Below, piece after piece: positions 48,972 to 61,406 of a stretch of DNA of 64,000 nucleotides. The notes beneath the pieces are model-generated. The model saw nothing but the letters and a program-made list of their open reading frames with translations. It searched no databases and was not told the DNA's origin. The stretch lies in assembly GCF_006345805.1 (NCBI RefSeq), contig NC_043004.1:39432001-39496000 (forward strand), written 5' to 3'. The position numbers and the translations under genes were made by a program. Each line of letters opens with the position of its first letter. Position 1 is the first letter of the stretch. This DNA comes from Octopus sinensis. Taxonomy: Eukaryota.

Positions 48972-49744
48972 CATGTATGTGTATACGTATGTTTGATTAC
49001 GTGCTTATGTACTTACAGACTTATATTTCTCATTTAATCAGTCCATCCGGTAGAACTCACCAGAAACGTGATGTTATTTTCTATGCACTACTTCTAAGTA
49101 ATTTCATGATTTCAGATTAGAATGTAAGTTATCTATTACATAATCTAAACCAAAATCAAGCATTTTTGATCGTCTATTGGTAACTCTGTAATCACTAGCA
49201 TCCATTTGCATCAATTTTTCGGTCTGATTCTATTGATTTCAATGCTTTGAATCGAATTCTTCAGATATTTTCATTTCCTTTAACTTTTTTTCATTATCTC
49301 TGACTGAAAGAACAGGCATGCCTCAACATACGGTTGTTGGTTCCAAGACATATGACTTAACTAGAAAAACTACGTAACGTAAAACGAAGACATTTAAAAA
49401 AATTAGCTAATGCCTGTTTTAATAGATGGTTTCTTTTGTTGTTGTTTTTTACATATCCTCACATGTGTGTTTTTTTTTCTATTTTCCACTTCTTTTTTTG
49501 GTGATTATTTTAAACGTTTTATGTTTTTAAATATGTTTGCTGAGACCTACGTAAAGTCGAAAAAATCTCAAATCGAAACGAGTTGCGGTGTATCTGTATT
49601 TGGTTCTAAAATTCTTCTTTTCTTTTATTAAAAGAAAGGAAGAAAAGAACCAATCATTATCCCGTTGCTGATTACTGCGTATTTAATTCGATTGTGCTAC
49701 ATTTCAAAGAATATGATGAGGATATTTCAAATGAAAGCTTCCTT

Positions 49745-50454
49745 GCATCTTTTCGGTTTGAACGGCAGTTTTTTCTAGCGGTGTCGTATGAAATTGTCAC
49801 CCATAATTATGACCCTAGTATCGATCTATTGCATTTCAATCTGTTTTAGGGTTAGGGTTAGTTAGGGTTAGGGGGGAAGGTATCTTTTTTTCTTCACAAA
49901 TGTAAATAAACCCAATCTACTTCTTAAACGAGGGACATATTCATATGGCACAGAATGTTTTTTTACCTCAATAGACGTTAGTGATTGGTTGAAATTGCTG
50001 AAATTGAAGAAAAAAGCAACAAATATCTTACAAACTATAGAATTTTCTCAATAAAGCCAAGAGAAAAAGATGTTTTATAAACGCATTCTACCAGTATACG
50101 CAGGTTAAAATTTTTAGGGTTAGGGTTAGAATTTGGGTTAGTTAGGGTTAGGGGTGGGGGAAGGGTATCTTTTTTTCTTCACAAATGTAAATAAACCCAA
50201 TCTATATCTTAAACGAGGGACATATTCATTGGGCACAGAATGTTTTTTTTTTTACCTCAATAGATGGTCATTGATTGGTTGAAATTGCAGAAATTGAAGA
50301 AAAATCAACAAATATCTTACAAACTATAGAATTTTCTCAATAAAGCCAAGAGAAAAATATATTTTATAAACATATTCTACCAGTATACGAATTTTAAAAT
50401 TTTTTAGTTACCTAGAAATTATGTTAAAAACTGCCGTTCAAACCGAAAAGATCC
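49745..50454. mobile_element. GGATC-terminal MITE copy 2 with internal ~270-bp duplication
   Basis: TSD GCTTCCTT (49737-49744, 50455-50462). Two TTAGGG clusters (~49848, ~50116). Confidence 0.88.
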
Positions 50455-50499
50455 GCTTCCTTTAGTATTAACCAAAGAGAATGACACGACGAACGCTTC

Positions 50500-51434
50500 A
50501 AATGAAACATTGCCACTAAGAATAAAAAGTTCGTGGTCAGCTCAGTTTTACGGAAGCTTTCATTTTGCTCGACACTGCAGGTAATAAAAATGTATCAGTA
50601 TGCAAATGCAGAAACTTGTCCTTTGGTTTGGCATCTACCAAGAAGTGGGAAGCGATTTCAGTCACATAGAATGGTACATGAAGCAAATTATGTAAAATAA
50701 TCCAAATTGAAAATGAAATCGCGCCGCAAGCACAGCCTTACATCAGGAAATACCCACGCAGCCACTTAGCAAAGTCGCAGAATCTTTTCATAGACTTATA
50801 ATCTCGCATCGACACTTCAATACAGTACGTCACTCTTGAAATCTCACAGCGTCCTCTTTGAAGTATCCATATAAGGACACCTTGTGTGAAGAGAAAGACA
50901 AGTAACCAGATCGATACCATTAAGGTCTGAGGGTACTAAGCGAAGGAGGTTATCTTCGCATTCCATTATCAGAAATCTTTACTGTGACAAATCATTACAT
51001 TTAACAATTGTGAACTAAATCTTCGAATGTGTAAGCCTGCATTCCCCATCAAGTTTCTAACCGAAGATTTATAGACTAAGTACCTCATTTCAACTGCAAT
51101 ACTAGGCAGTGAACTTAAGCTCTTGTCCGGTTTAACACCGCCCACTGGTATTTGGGCGTCTTTAGTTGAGGCCACTGCACTGAAAGCATTTGGATCGTCT
51201 TTGAAATGAGTCATGAACGACTGGCTATTCTTTTATTCACTTGTAAAGTTCCCTGAATTCTTAATCTGTGTATCATTTATTTTTTCACATTTAACAGAGA
51301 AGACATAGTGCAGACCAAAATTATAACCTGGTACATATGGAACAGATACCATCATATGGTAAATGCCCTTGGGAAATGCATGTTCGTCTTGGAATAGTCT
51401 TATCTTTTTCTTTTGTATATATAAAGATCTATAT
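50500..51434 (-). pseudogene. Coding-like unique island, unidentified; one in-frame stop then frame breaks
   Basis: Acceptor CAATTCCTTACATAG| at 51435, then YRSLYIQKKKIRLFQDEHAFPKGIYHMMVSVPYVPGYNFGLHYVFSVKCEK...SE* and 87 more in-frame codons to 50969. Confidence 0.35.
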
Positions 51435-52861
51435 CTATGTAAGGAATTGTTTATTTACCGAAATAAATCCGACTATGGTACATTTTGAAATCATATGAAG
51501 ACAAGGAAATTCCATTCTATCAGTGTCCTGTTGGTGTGTGGGATTATGTGTGTTTGCGTGTGTCATTGCGCATTCTTATGTTCGTGGTGATGATATATGC
51601 TATAATAATACTATACGTTATAACTGCTAGTATGAAGAGCCAGCATTGTATTAATTCTGAGTTTAAATAATTTGAATGCTGAGTTTTTAAATATGTGTGA
51701 ATGTATGTGTGTATGTGTACGAATGCTTAAGTGTTTGGTGGTAACATGTATAAGTATGCTTTGTATTGCTGAATAATACTGAATAAGTGCGTGTGGGTGT
51801 GGGTGTTTGCTTGTATCCGTATCTTCATATATTTCACTGTTTATGCTTGTTTGTGCGGGCGTCGTCATTCAATGTGCGTTTGTATAAATGTGATCATTAG
51901 AAGTGCTTGCGTCTGTGTGCTCAGATGATCTTGTATCCCTATATGTGTGGTTTTATTTTTCGAGATGCACCTATGTACGTATACATGTATGTTTGTATGT
52001 CTGTATCTGTATAAATATATTTATATGGTTTTGTGTATGCTTGTGAGAGACTGTGTTTTAGTGTGTTTGTAAGGGTCATTACCATTTGTTACTTGATTCT
52101 TTTATTTTATTGCTGGTTCTTTTTTTTCTTTAAAAAATGTGTGAAAAATAAAATTTTATTATCTGTCACAAAATATTTTATTTTCTTGAATTTTTTCTAT
52201 TTTATTTTTAAGCTTCTTATCTAATAAATCACCAGCTGTAGCTTAAGGTTAGAGGATTGGAATAATTGAATTCCGTTGTGACCGACCTCAATAACCTGCT
52301 CACGAAATACATCACTTGTTTTTCTAACATTTGTATGCAGAAATCTAATCCAGTTGCAATTCTAATAGGAAAACTATAAAATTCCGATTTTGATCATCTT
52401 TTGCAAAACTATTATTAAATTAATGAAATGCAGAGGAAGAAGAGAAATAAAGTCAACGTGGTGAAATATCTGATAAAAAAAAAATGCATATACTGTGCTT
52501 CTTATTGATTTGATTTAACTAGTTATTAAAATAATATTTTTCACTGCTGCAGAATATTAGTCCATCCATGTATCTACTGCCACCATGAGGTCTAGTTCTT
52601 GTGGCGGTCTTCTTTCCTTCGTTGACCCTGGAAGCCATACCAGCGGAGCACAAGTTCCTGGTAGGGCCTTTCATGCTGAATATGTCAAAGGATGGAACAC
52701 CTCTCTGGAGTAAATGAGGTCAACATCCATACTTAGAAAAAACGTTCAAGAAGCAGCAATTAAATTTTAAAACCAAGAACAAGTGGCCATTTGAGAAAAA
52801 TCGTCGGTGGTGTATACAACAAAGAGGGAAAGGACATTAGGTAAGTAACTTTTAACAGGGA

Positions 52862-53015
52862 TAAGGCGGCGAACAGGCAGAATCGTTAGCACGCTGGACA
52901 AAATGCTTAGCGGCATTTCGTCCGTCTTTGAGTTCAAATTCCGCCGAGGTCGACTTTGCCTTTTTTCCTTTCGGAGTGGATAAAATAAGTACCAGTTGAG
53001 TACTGGCATTGATCT
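52862..53015 (+). mobile_element. Family C SINE, partial
   Basis: Head and core. Confidence 0.8.
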
Positions 53016-53189
53016 TCCCATCAGAAGTAACAAAATCTGAAGCCAATATATTATTGGGATATATTTCATCAACCCTCGAAAGATGAAAATCAAATACAAC
53101 ATCAACTTAAGTTAGACTTGTAAAATGGAAATACTAATTACTACAGTGTAGTAATTAGTCCTACCGTACCTCTCAACTTACAGATGAAG

Positions 53190-53611
53190 GGATCTTTTCG
53201 ATTTGAACGGCAGTTTTTTTCTAGCGGTGTCATATGAAATTGTCACCCATAATTATGACCCTAGTATCGATCTATTGCATTTCAATCTGTTTTAGGGTTA
53301 GGGTTAGTTAGGGTTAGGGGGGAAGGTATCTTTTTTTCTTCACAAATGTAAATAAACCCAATCTACTTCTTAAACGAGGGACATATTCATATGGCACAGA
53401 ATGTTTTTTTACCTCAATAGACGTTAGTGATTGGTTGAAATTGCTGAAATTGAAGAAAAAAGCAACAAATATCTTACAAACTATAGAATTTTCTCAATAA
53501 AGCCAAGAGAAAAAGATGTTTTATAAACGCATTCTACCAGTATACGCAGGTTAAAATTTTTTAGTTACCTAGAAATTATGTTAAAAACTGCCGTTCAAAC
53601 CGAAAAGATCC
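53190..53611. mobile_element. GGATC-terminal MITE copy 3
   Basis: Same TIRs. AGATGAAG at 53182-53189 and 53613-53620 (TSD offset by one extra A). Confidence 0.88.
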
Positions 53612-53759
53612 AAGATGAAGTCCATTTTGAAGAAGAACTAGATTGACCACCAAGTTTCAGTATATTAATGTATTCATTATTTTGATTTTGTCGACACAAA
53701 ATTAAATTCTGTTGTGTTTTCAGGCGAGTACACTATAGTTTTTAATTCACGTTCATTAC

Positions 53760-54400
53760 TTAAAGACACCAATACGAATCTTTAGAGGAAATTAATGTGA
53801 TTGGTGATGTTCATACATCAATATCTCCCGGAGAATTAAGTTTTCACTCTGTACTTGGGACATTTGTGTTTTTGAAAATCTTCTGCAATCTGGGATTGAA
53901 ATTGCATTCAGTGTTCGGTTTGCTGGCGACTTATCTCCCACAATTTTTCACGGATTTTAAGGATTGTAAGGTGTCTATGAAAGATAGTAACTTGAAGCAT
54001 CTTTATTCGATATCTGAACCGATTAAACCGACTACAAAACAAATTTTACCACAGAAAAAAATAACCACTTGTGAACGAAATTTTGAATGAAACTATTGTT
54101 AATTAATTTTAGCAGGAGTGGATGTGTGGTAAGTATCTTCCTTACCTTTGTCGAAGACAGACATCTTTTTTGGGGGGGGGCGGTGAGTCAAACGTTTTGT
54201 TGCACGTGGATAATTTTTTCTATTCGAATTGTTGTCTATTGTTGAATATTTTTGAAATGTTAAACATTGTGGAACTTTGAAAAATTTTGTGCTTTTTCCC
54301 GGTGACGGGAGAAAGTAATTGTTGAAATTATTAATATTGAACTTATTAAAGCCGTTGTAGGCTGTATAAGCGTTCATCGTGACTATTTTCTTTAGCCAAT
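53760..54400 (-). mobile_element. Decayed LINE RT N-terminal region
   Basis: Broken minus-strand frames LQKIFKNTNVPSTE*K..SPGDIDV*TSPITLISSK resemble KGD..NYRPITLLS. Confidence 0.3.
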
Positions 54401-54446
54401 ACACGGTGATCACTTATAAGATTGAAGCTCATAACTATTATCTAAG

Positions 54447-54650
54447 GTGGTGAGCTGGCAGAAACGTTAGCACATCGGACGAACTGCTTAGCGGTATCTA
54501 GCCTGTTGCTACGTTTTGAGTTCAAATTCCGCTGAGGTCGACTTTATCTTTTATCCTTTGAGGGTCAATAAATTAAGCACCAGTGAAACACTGTAGTCGA
54601 TGTAAGTGACTAGTCCCCCTCCCCACATATCTGAAGCCTTGTTCCTCCAG
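54447..54650 (+). mobile_element. Family C SINE
   Basis: Head, core and tail. Confidence 0.8.
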
Positions 54651-54665
54651 TAGAATGGATTATGT

Positions 54666-54692
<27 letters not shown>

Positions 54693-54697
<5 letters not shown>

Positions 54698-54834
54698 AAC
54701 ATTACTTTATATAATTAGGGTTCAGAAAAAAAATTGCTTTACCACACACCGAACTTTTAGAAATAGCAGCCGAAGAATTTAGCTATTTCCACTACTATAA
54801 AAAGAGTCTCGGCTATAGAAAGTAATGTTTATAT
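54693..54834. mobile_element. Small MITE-like inverted-repeat element
   Basis: 21-bp IR ATATAAACATTACTTT(A/C)TATA, 20/21 identical. Confidence 0.5.
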
Positions 54835-55056
54835 TTACCGTAAATGGTCCTTTTACATTCTGAACACTGCTTGGTAAAGTAATTAATTACTAATTAATTA
54901 ATTAATTTTACCCTTATTATTATTGAGTATATATATATATAATTTACAAGATAAGGGCAGAAGAAAAATTATAATGCCAGATACGCCGAAACAAGAAATT
55001 TGTCGATAACCATTAAATTTATGCGTCTCGAAACAAACCGATAGAAATTCGTTATT

Positions 55057-55113
55057 ACCGTATTGGTCCAATTTCGGGGTTAATTCACAAGAAATTTTCC
55101 CCTCTTCAGCGGC
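55057..55113 (-). ncRNA. Type I hammerhead ribozyme with canonical core
   Basis: GCCG-CTGAAGA-GGGG-(19 nt)-CCCC-GAAA-TTGG-A-CCAA-TA-CGGT. All three stems pair; AUA cleavage triplet. Confidence 0.72.
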
Positions 55114-55307
55114 ACATACGCGAGATATAAATGAAATACTTATTCATACTCATGGAAGAAGCAAGTACCAAGTCCCGAGCAGACTTAAGTACCCCAAATA
55201 TATCCAAAATAGAAAAATCTTCGGCGTACCTCGAGACACGTGTGATTCGAACTAGAAACTTTCACAGAGTGATAGAATCCGGAAGTGAACACTAATCTAT
55301 TTATCAT

Positions 55308-55341
<34 letters not shown>

Positions 55342-56246
55342 ACATATATATATATATATAATTGATATATATATATAATATACACAAACACACACACTAT
55401 CCAGTACGACCTTCCCTCTTTATGACGATACGGTGTGATATGATAGAGGTTTTGTTGCTGGCCGAGCTACCATGTAAAAGCTCCTTAGTTGGCTGGTGCA
55501 GGGCTGGGCCGATTTATACTTTACAAATGACTGCACTATTCAAACGACAGTCGTGGGTTTGGACAGCGAAAATAAGAGACTCAATACAGCGTATTCTTTA
55601 TTCAATTTGTTCGTCTGTATGGCGTCACGCCCACATTCGAGTACGTAGATTTAATCAATGTTGAAGTAAAAATAATCACGAATTTATTTTCAAAAGTAAT
55701 TTATTTTTATAATGAGAAAATCTTGCCTTAATTTTTAATTACGATGAAATTTTATTTCCCCAACAACTATTCTTTTTTAAATCTACGGTTAGTGTAGCGA
55801 TGGGGTGGAATGAGTTTTATTCAAAATATTGCCAAGTGTGTTTAATGAAACAAACATTAAATAATATGATTTTTTTTTTCTATCTGAGGAGAACAAAATG
55901 AAATATTTTCGTTTTTCTCTTAAAAAAATATTCACACTAACAGTCAAAGGTCATTAAAAATAATTGATTTTATTTTACTTAAGAACATGATCACACGTTT
56001 GCTTTTAATAAACATTATTCATTAAACACAATTAGTTTTCAATAAACATTATTCATTAAACACAATTTGCTTTTAATAAACATGATTTAGATATTGAAAT
56101 ATATGTTCGCATTTCTTTTTTAGATTTCTATCTTTAATTTCATTTGGTGTTATTGCGTTGCATTGCCTCTTATTTTGGCACTATTTTATAATGGAAATTT
56201 ATGTGTGTGTAACAGCCACGGCATTAAATAAAATATCTAACAGATA

Positions 56247-56465
56247 AGGCGACGAGATGGCAGTATCGTTAACACGCCGGCCAAGGTACCTTGCACCACT
56301 TCGTGCGTCTCTAAGGTTCTGAGTTCAAATTCCGTCGAAGTTGACTTTGCTTGTCATCCCTTTCAGGGTCGATAAAATAAGTACCAGAGTTGAGCACTGG
56401 GGCCGGGTCGATATAATCGACTTGGTCGTTTTCCTCAAAACTGCCGGCCTTATGCCAAAATTTGA
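56247..56465 (+). mobile_element. Family C SINE, diverged
   Basis: Head, core and tail. Confidence 0.72.
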
Positions 56466-56559
56466 AGCTGATATCTTGACTACAGAAACTGGGTTCAGTT
56501 GCCAGTTCACGAAGTCTTGGATAACCGGTTCGTGGATTTTAGGTGCTTCCAAAACGGTG

Positions 56560-56800
56560 GGTTTTTAATCCTCATAAACAACTGCGAATTGAAGAAGGAA
56601 AATGAAAGCAGAAGTAATTTCAGAAGAGTGAAATTCTAATGACAAGAAACCCTTGATCATAGCAGTTAGTGTTAGGCCAGAATGAGGGGACGAGAGGAAC
56701 AAGAAAGGAGTTGATGAAGTGGATCTGAGTAGAAGTGATATGAGATTATCCAGCTCCATAAAGTAAATTTAGGGAGACGAGTAAGCCTTCCGGTCACGAA
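56560..56800 (-). mobile_element. Ancient L2/Jockey-group LINE 3' remnant
   Basis: ELDNLISLLLRSTSST..SPHS..SLEFHSSEI weakly resembles ELA.LVP..RSTR..HP..WNSLP. Confidence 0.3.
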
Positions 56801-57066
56801 GAGAGATACATATTAACCAATTGAAGGATTGATTAACTGAAATAATTTCATAATCCATATGATGGTAAACAATCGCGACGTCGAGTTCGAACACACATTT
56901 CAGAGCAAGAAATATTGGTTTCGCATTTTGGAAACAAGGCCCAAATAATTATCAGCTGGTAATTATCTTGTCGAACACAAAAGGATGAATTGTAAGCTCT
57001 ACCCCGACGGAATTTTGAACTTAGAACGTAAAGACGGACGAAATACCGAAAAATCTCTCTCTCTTG

Positions 57067-57097
<31 letters not shown>

Positions 57098-57099
57098 TT

Positions 57100-57384
<285 letters not shown>

Positions 57385-57840
57385 AAGTGGATAACTTTTG
57401 TAAACTAAGTGAAGTCACGTACTCCTAGAGGAGAATATTCAAATACTGATGTTTAACTCAATTTTATATGCTTTCACGTCTGAAGAGGATAGCGCCATTT
57501 TCTATCTAAAGGGATGACCAGTTGAGATTTTTTTCCCTATGGAACATGGAGTTAATTATTCAACATACGCCAAGAGAAATAGATCAGAAAGCAACTACAC
57601 AAATAACATCATATTGTTATTGTTTGGTTAGAATTTTCTTTCATTTATTTTCCGAACGTCAATTGGTTTTGTCATTACGTCTGCTCTATGAAGCTATTTT
57701 TATTTCTGTTTTTTTTTTTTTTCCTTGTCTGGAAACAGGTAGATCAGTGAAATAGAATGTTGTTGAAATTGTTTTCTAGATACTTTCCATCAGAAATTTA
57801 CCGTAAATATATAGACTTGTAGAACTGTGCAGCACACACA

Positions 57841-57873
<33 letters not shown>

Positions 57874-57952
57874 CGAACACATGCACAAGGAAACACGCAC
57901 ATGCATACACAGACATTAGTAAATAATCCAATATGTAGAGGTGAATAAGCGT

Positions 57953-57992
<40 letters not shown>

Positions 57993-58101
57993 ATGTATGT
58001 ATATTCATCTAGACAAAAATATATACTGAGTGTCGTGGGTGTGCTCGTGAGCGTATGTTTGTATACCTATATCTGCCTATATATACATACATGCAAACAC
58101 A

Positions 58102-58202
<101 letters not shown>

Positions 58203-58258
58203 CTATTAACGACAGAAATAGAGTTTGTAACGAATATTAATTAGCAAATCCAACTTAC

Positions 58259-58321
58259 CTGATATGATGTTTGTAACACCGTAGAGTGCGGTGAACGTCT
58301 CGAAAAATCCTTTGGTTCCGT
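58259..58321 (-). CDS. Candidate 63-nt exon
   Basis: Acceptor TTGGTTTTCTCCAG| and donor CAG|GTAAGT. Frame (Y)GTKGFFETFTALYGVTNIIS(G). Confidence 0.45.
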
Positions 58322-58418
58322 CTGGAGAAAACCAATTGCTTATATTTTGAATGCATTTAATACACATTTTTCGATTAATTATGTAAGATCTTACAGAAGT
58401 TCTTATGTGTAGACTTAC

Positions 58419-58468
58419 ATAATTGTTGGATGCAACGCTCTGCCTCAGAATCGAGCCTTGAATACGGT
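58419..58468 (-). CDS. Candidate 50-nt exon
   Basis: Acceptor CTTCTATGCTTTTTTTGTTTTAG| and donor TAT|GTAAGT. 97-nt intron to the next exon. Frame PYSRLDSEAERCIQQL. Confidence 0.45.
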
Positions 58469-58579
58469 CTAAAACAAAAAAAGCATAGAAGTGTAATGCG
58501 TTGCTGGACCTGATTTGAATAATTCTGCATAATTCATCAATGTGTGTATGCGTGTGTATGCGTGTGCGTGTGTGTATGT

Positions 58580-59801
58580 GTGTGTGCGTAAGGTATTTGA
58601 GAACATACCTTTTGTGCGTAATTGCTGCATTTTTTGCCAACTCTGTATAATCTTCGTTTCAGAAAATAATAATAGCAGACCCTTAGCCTACTCAAGAAAT
58701 GAAGAAATAAAGGTTGAGCATAGCGATTTAGACATATCTCGATTTTTGTTTACAAAGATTTTGTAAGGAGCTAGAGACTGAAGATGGAAACAGTTCACCA
58801 GTGTCAAAGCATAAAAAGCATTCTAAACGTTCTGAAATTATCAGAACACCTGAATTTATCCAGCAAGTTCAACAGATCATTGATTACAATACCAGCAATT
58901 CCATGAGGTCAATTGCAAAAAATCTCCATGTGTCAGAAGGAACAGTCAGAATCATTGTCTACCAAGACATGATATATAAGTCTTACATGATGAGGAAAGG
59001 TCAATTTACTAGAAAAAGCAAAACAAACTTACTACATCAGATCGAAAAGGCTCTTAAACAAACGGGAAAATCCAGCAGAAGACTTAATCTGGTTTTTATC
59101 AAACGAGAACACTTCGACCAAGATCAAAAAGTTAACAGAAGAAATGACAGATGGTTATGTGCATACCTTTCTGTAATTCCAAGTGTAATGCGTACAAAAT
59201 ATCCTGCAACTGTCTTGTTTTAGGGGTTATCAGTAATGAAGGACATGTGATGCTATCTTACTTCTTTCCACAAGGCCTTAGAGTTAACTCTACCGCCTAC
59301 ATTGAGGTCCTGGAAATAATTGTTAAGCCCTGGATATACAGTGTATGCAATGGAAGGCCATATGTGTTTCAGTAAGACTCTGCACTATCACACATAGCTC
59401 TAGTAACACACGAATGGATGGCTGAAAATGTTCATGATCACATAACCCCTAAAACTTCGCCTCCTAATTCCCCAGATCGCAATTCATTGGACTATTACAT
59501 GCGGAGCGTTGTTGGGAGAGTGGTCAATGAACACTCCCATCACACTAAAGATTTTTTGAAAGCTGCCATAGTCAGAGTAATGTCCAAAATGAACCAGGAC
59601 CACGTGATTCGAGCATGTAGATGATTTAGATCTCATATTGAACCAGTTGTTGAAGCTGAATGTGGCTTTATTGAATACAATTATAGAAAAGTATGTTTAT
59701 TTTTATCCTTATAACATTTTTTGATAAATAAATTTATTATCTCTTATTATTTATCTGTTTCTTTTAAACATAAATCTGTCCTCAATATCTTACGCACCCT
59801 G
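58580..59801 (+). mobile_element. Defective full-length-like DD37D (maT) transposon
   Basis: FQ*DSALSH..SPPNSPDRNSLD with 37 spacing. Right TIR ..CTCAATATCTTACGCACCCTG|TA; degraded left TIR GTGCGTAAGGTATTTGAG. Confidence 0.85.
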
Positions 59802-59843
<42 letters not shown>

Positions 59844-59850
59844 CCTTTAC

Positions 59851-59892
59851 AATTCTTGAAGAGTCACATTATGACGAAAACCGGTTTGAATT
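59851..59892 (+). ncRNA. Hammerhead-like motif, single core mismatch
   Basis: AATTC-TTGAAGA-GTCA-CATTA-TGAC-GAAA-ACCGGT-TT-GAATT. Confidence 0.5.
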
Positions 59893-60577
59893 AATTAATA
59901 TATATTTATATATTTAATCAATTTTTCAAAACTTTTTCCATACACCCATTTGCATTAAAACTTTCTTTCAATTTAGCACTCTGCATTTTTACAATTTTTC
60001 CTTGCTCTATATATATATATATATATTATATATATATATATATGCATAAAAAGAGAAAGGGGGAGACAGAGTGAGAGAAAGAAGGGAGATAGACAAGTAG
60101 ATTTATAGAAAAATATAGAAATAGACACGCATATAATATACATGTTTATGTATGTTTACATTCGTCATGATTGATCGCTAGCCACTACACATTCTTTATT
60201 TTCTCTCCTTATTTCTTTCTGTGTTCCTTTTTGTGGAAGAGCGTAGGCTCGAAACGTTAAAGACTTTCTCACTTCCCGAGCGTTATACTAATACATCTGT
60301 CTGTGGTCTACACCACCTTTCTTCGCCTTTTTTTTTTTTTTCTCCCCCCATATATATATACATATACACGCACTCACGCACACATATATATCGACGTATA
60401 TACAATTACTCATGGCTGGAGATATAGTATGCGTTCTACAAATATATATTCATGCAATTATATATATATATCTGTATATTTCTGTATGTATAAACATGTC
60501 AATCATCACTTGTATGAATGCGGCGAGCTGGCAAAATCATTAGCACGCCGTGCAAAATGCTTAGCGGTATTTCGTCC

Positions 60578-60720
60578 GTTTTTACGTTCTGAGTTGAAAC
60601 TCGACCTAGGGTCCTTTTGGGGTTGATAAATAGGTACTAGTTGGATAGTACAGCCCATGTAATCGACTTATCTACGTCCACCAAATTTGCTGGACCCGTG
60701 CCGAAATTTGAACCAATATC
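60578..60720 (+). mobile_element. Family C SINE, deleted and diverged
   Basis: Head plus tail remnants. Confidence 0.65.
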
Positions 60721-61049
60721 CGCCGGTATATGTATATATAAATGCATATATTTGTATGAAACATTGTCTATTACTTTGGATATTAATGTAAAGGTATTTA
60801 TATCTACGTATCTACTAAGTCGTATTTTCGTATATCTGTGTGTGAGAAAGAGAGTGAGAGAGAGAAAGAGAGTGAGAGAGAGAAAGAGAGTGAGAGAGAA
60901 AGTATTTCTATCCATCAGTTTCTCTGTATCTCTCGCTCTTTCTCTCTCTCTCACTCTCTCTCCTTATATATGTAGATAGATAGATAGATTGCTATGATAT
61001 GATATACATATTTATGTATGTTTATGCATGCATGCATGTATATATATTT

Positions 61050-61282
61050 TTTTTTTTTTTACTACCCACAAGGGGCTAAACACAGAGGGGACAAACAAGG
61101 ACAGACAAAGCGATTAAGTCGATTCCATCGACCCCAGTGCGTAACTGGTACTTAATTTATTGACCCCGAAAGGATGAAAGGCAAAGTCAACCTCAGCGGA
61201 ATTTGAACTCAGAACGTACGGCAGACGAAATACGGCTACGCATTTCGCCCGGCATGCTACCGTTTCTACCAGCTCACCGCCT
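61050..61282 (-). mobile_element. Family C SINE, monomer
   Basis: Full reverse-complement copy. Confidence 0.85.
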
Positions 61283-61292
61283 TCATAATATA

Positions 61293-61353
<61 letters not shown>

Positions 61354-61365
61354 CTATGTATGTAT

Positions 61366-61406
<41 letters not shown>

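Noticed and set aside
49060-49143. Minus-strand exon with TTTAG acceptor and GTGAGT donor
   Set aside because: Stops in all three frames; could only be non-coding, and there is no further evidence.
50850-51140. CHAT (caspase-like) domain assignment for LPSIAVEMRYL...ICH...DLVTCLS
   Set aside because: The resemblance is loose and needs frameshifts; left unidentified.
55995-56085. 33-bp direct repeats as a CRISPR-like array
   Set aside because: Simple tandem duplication (about 2.5 units) without unique spacers, in eukaryotic DNA.
57480-57525. CTGAAGA-GGATAG..CTATCT as a hammerhead
   Set aside because: Followed by AAAG rather than GAAA, with no stem III.
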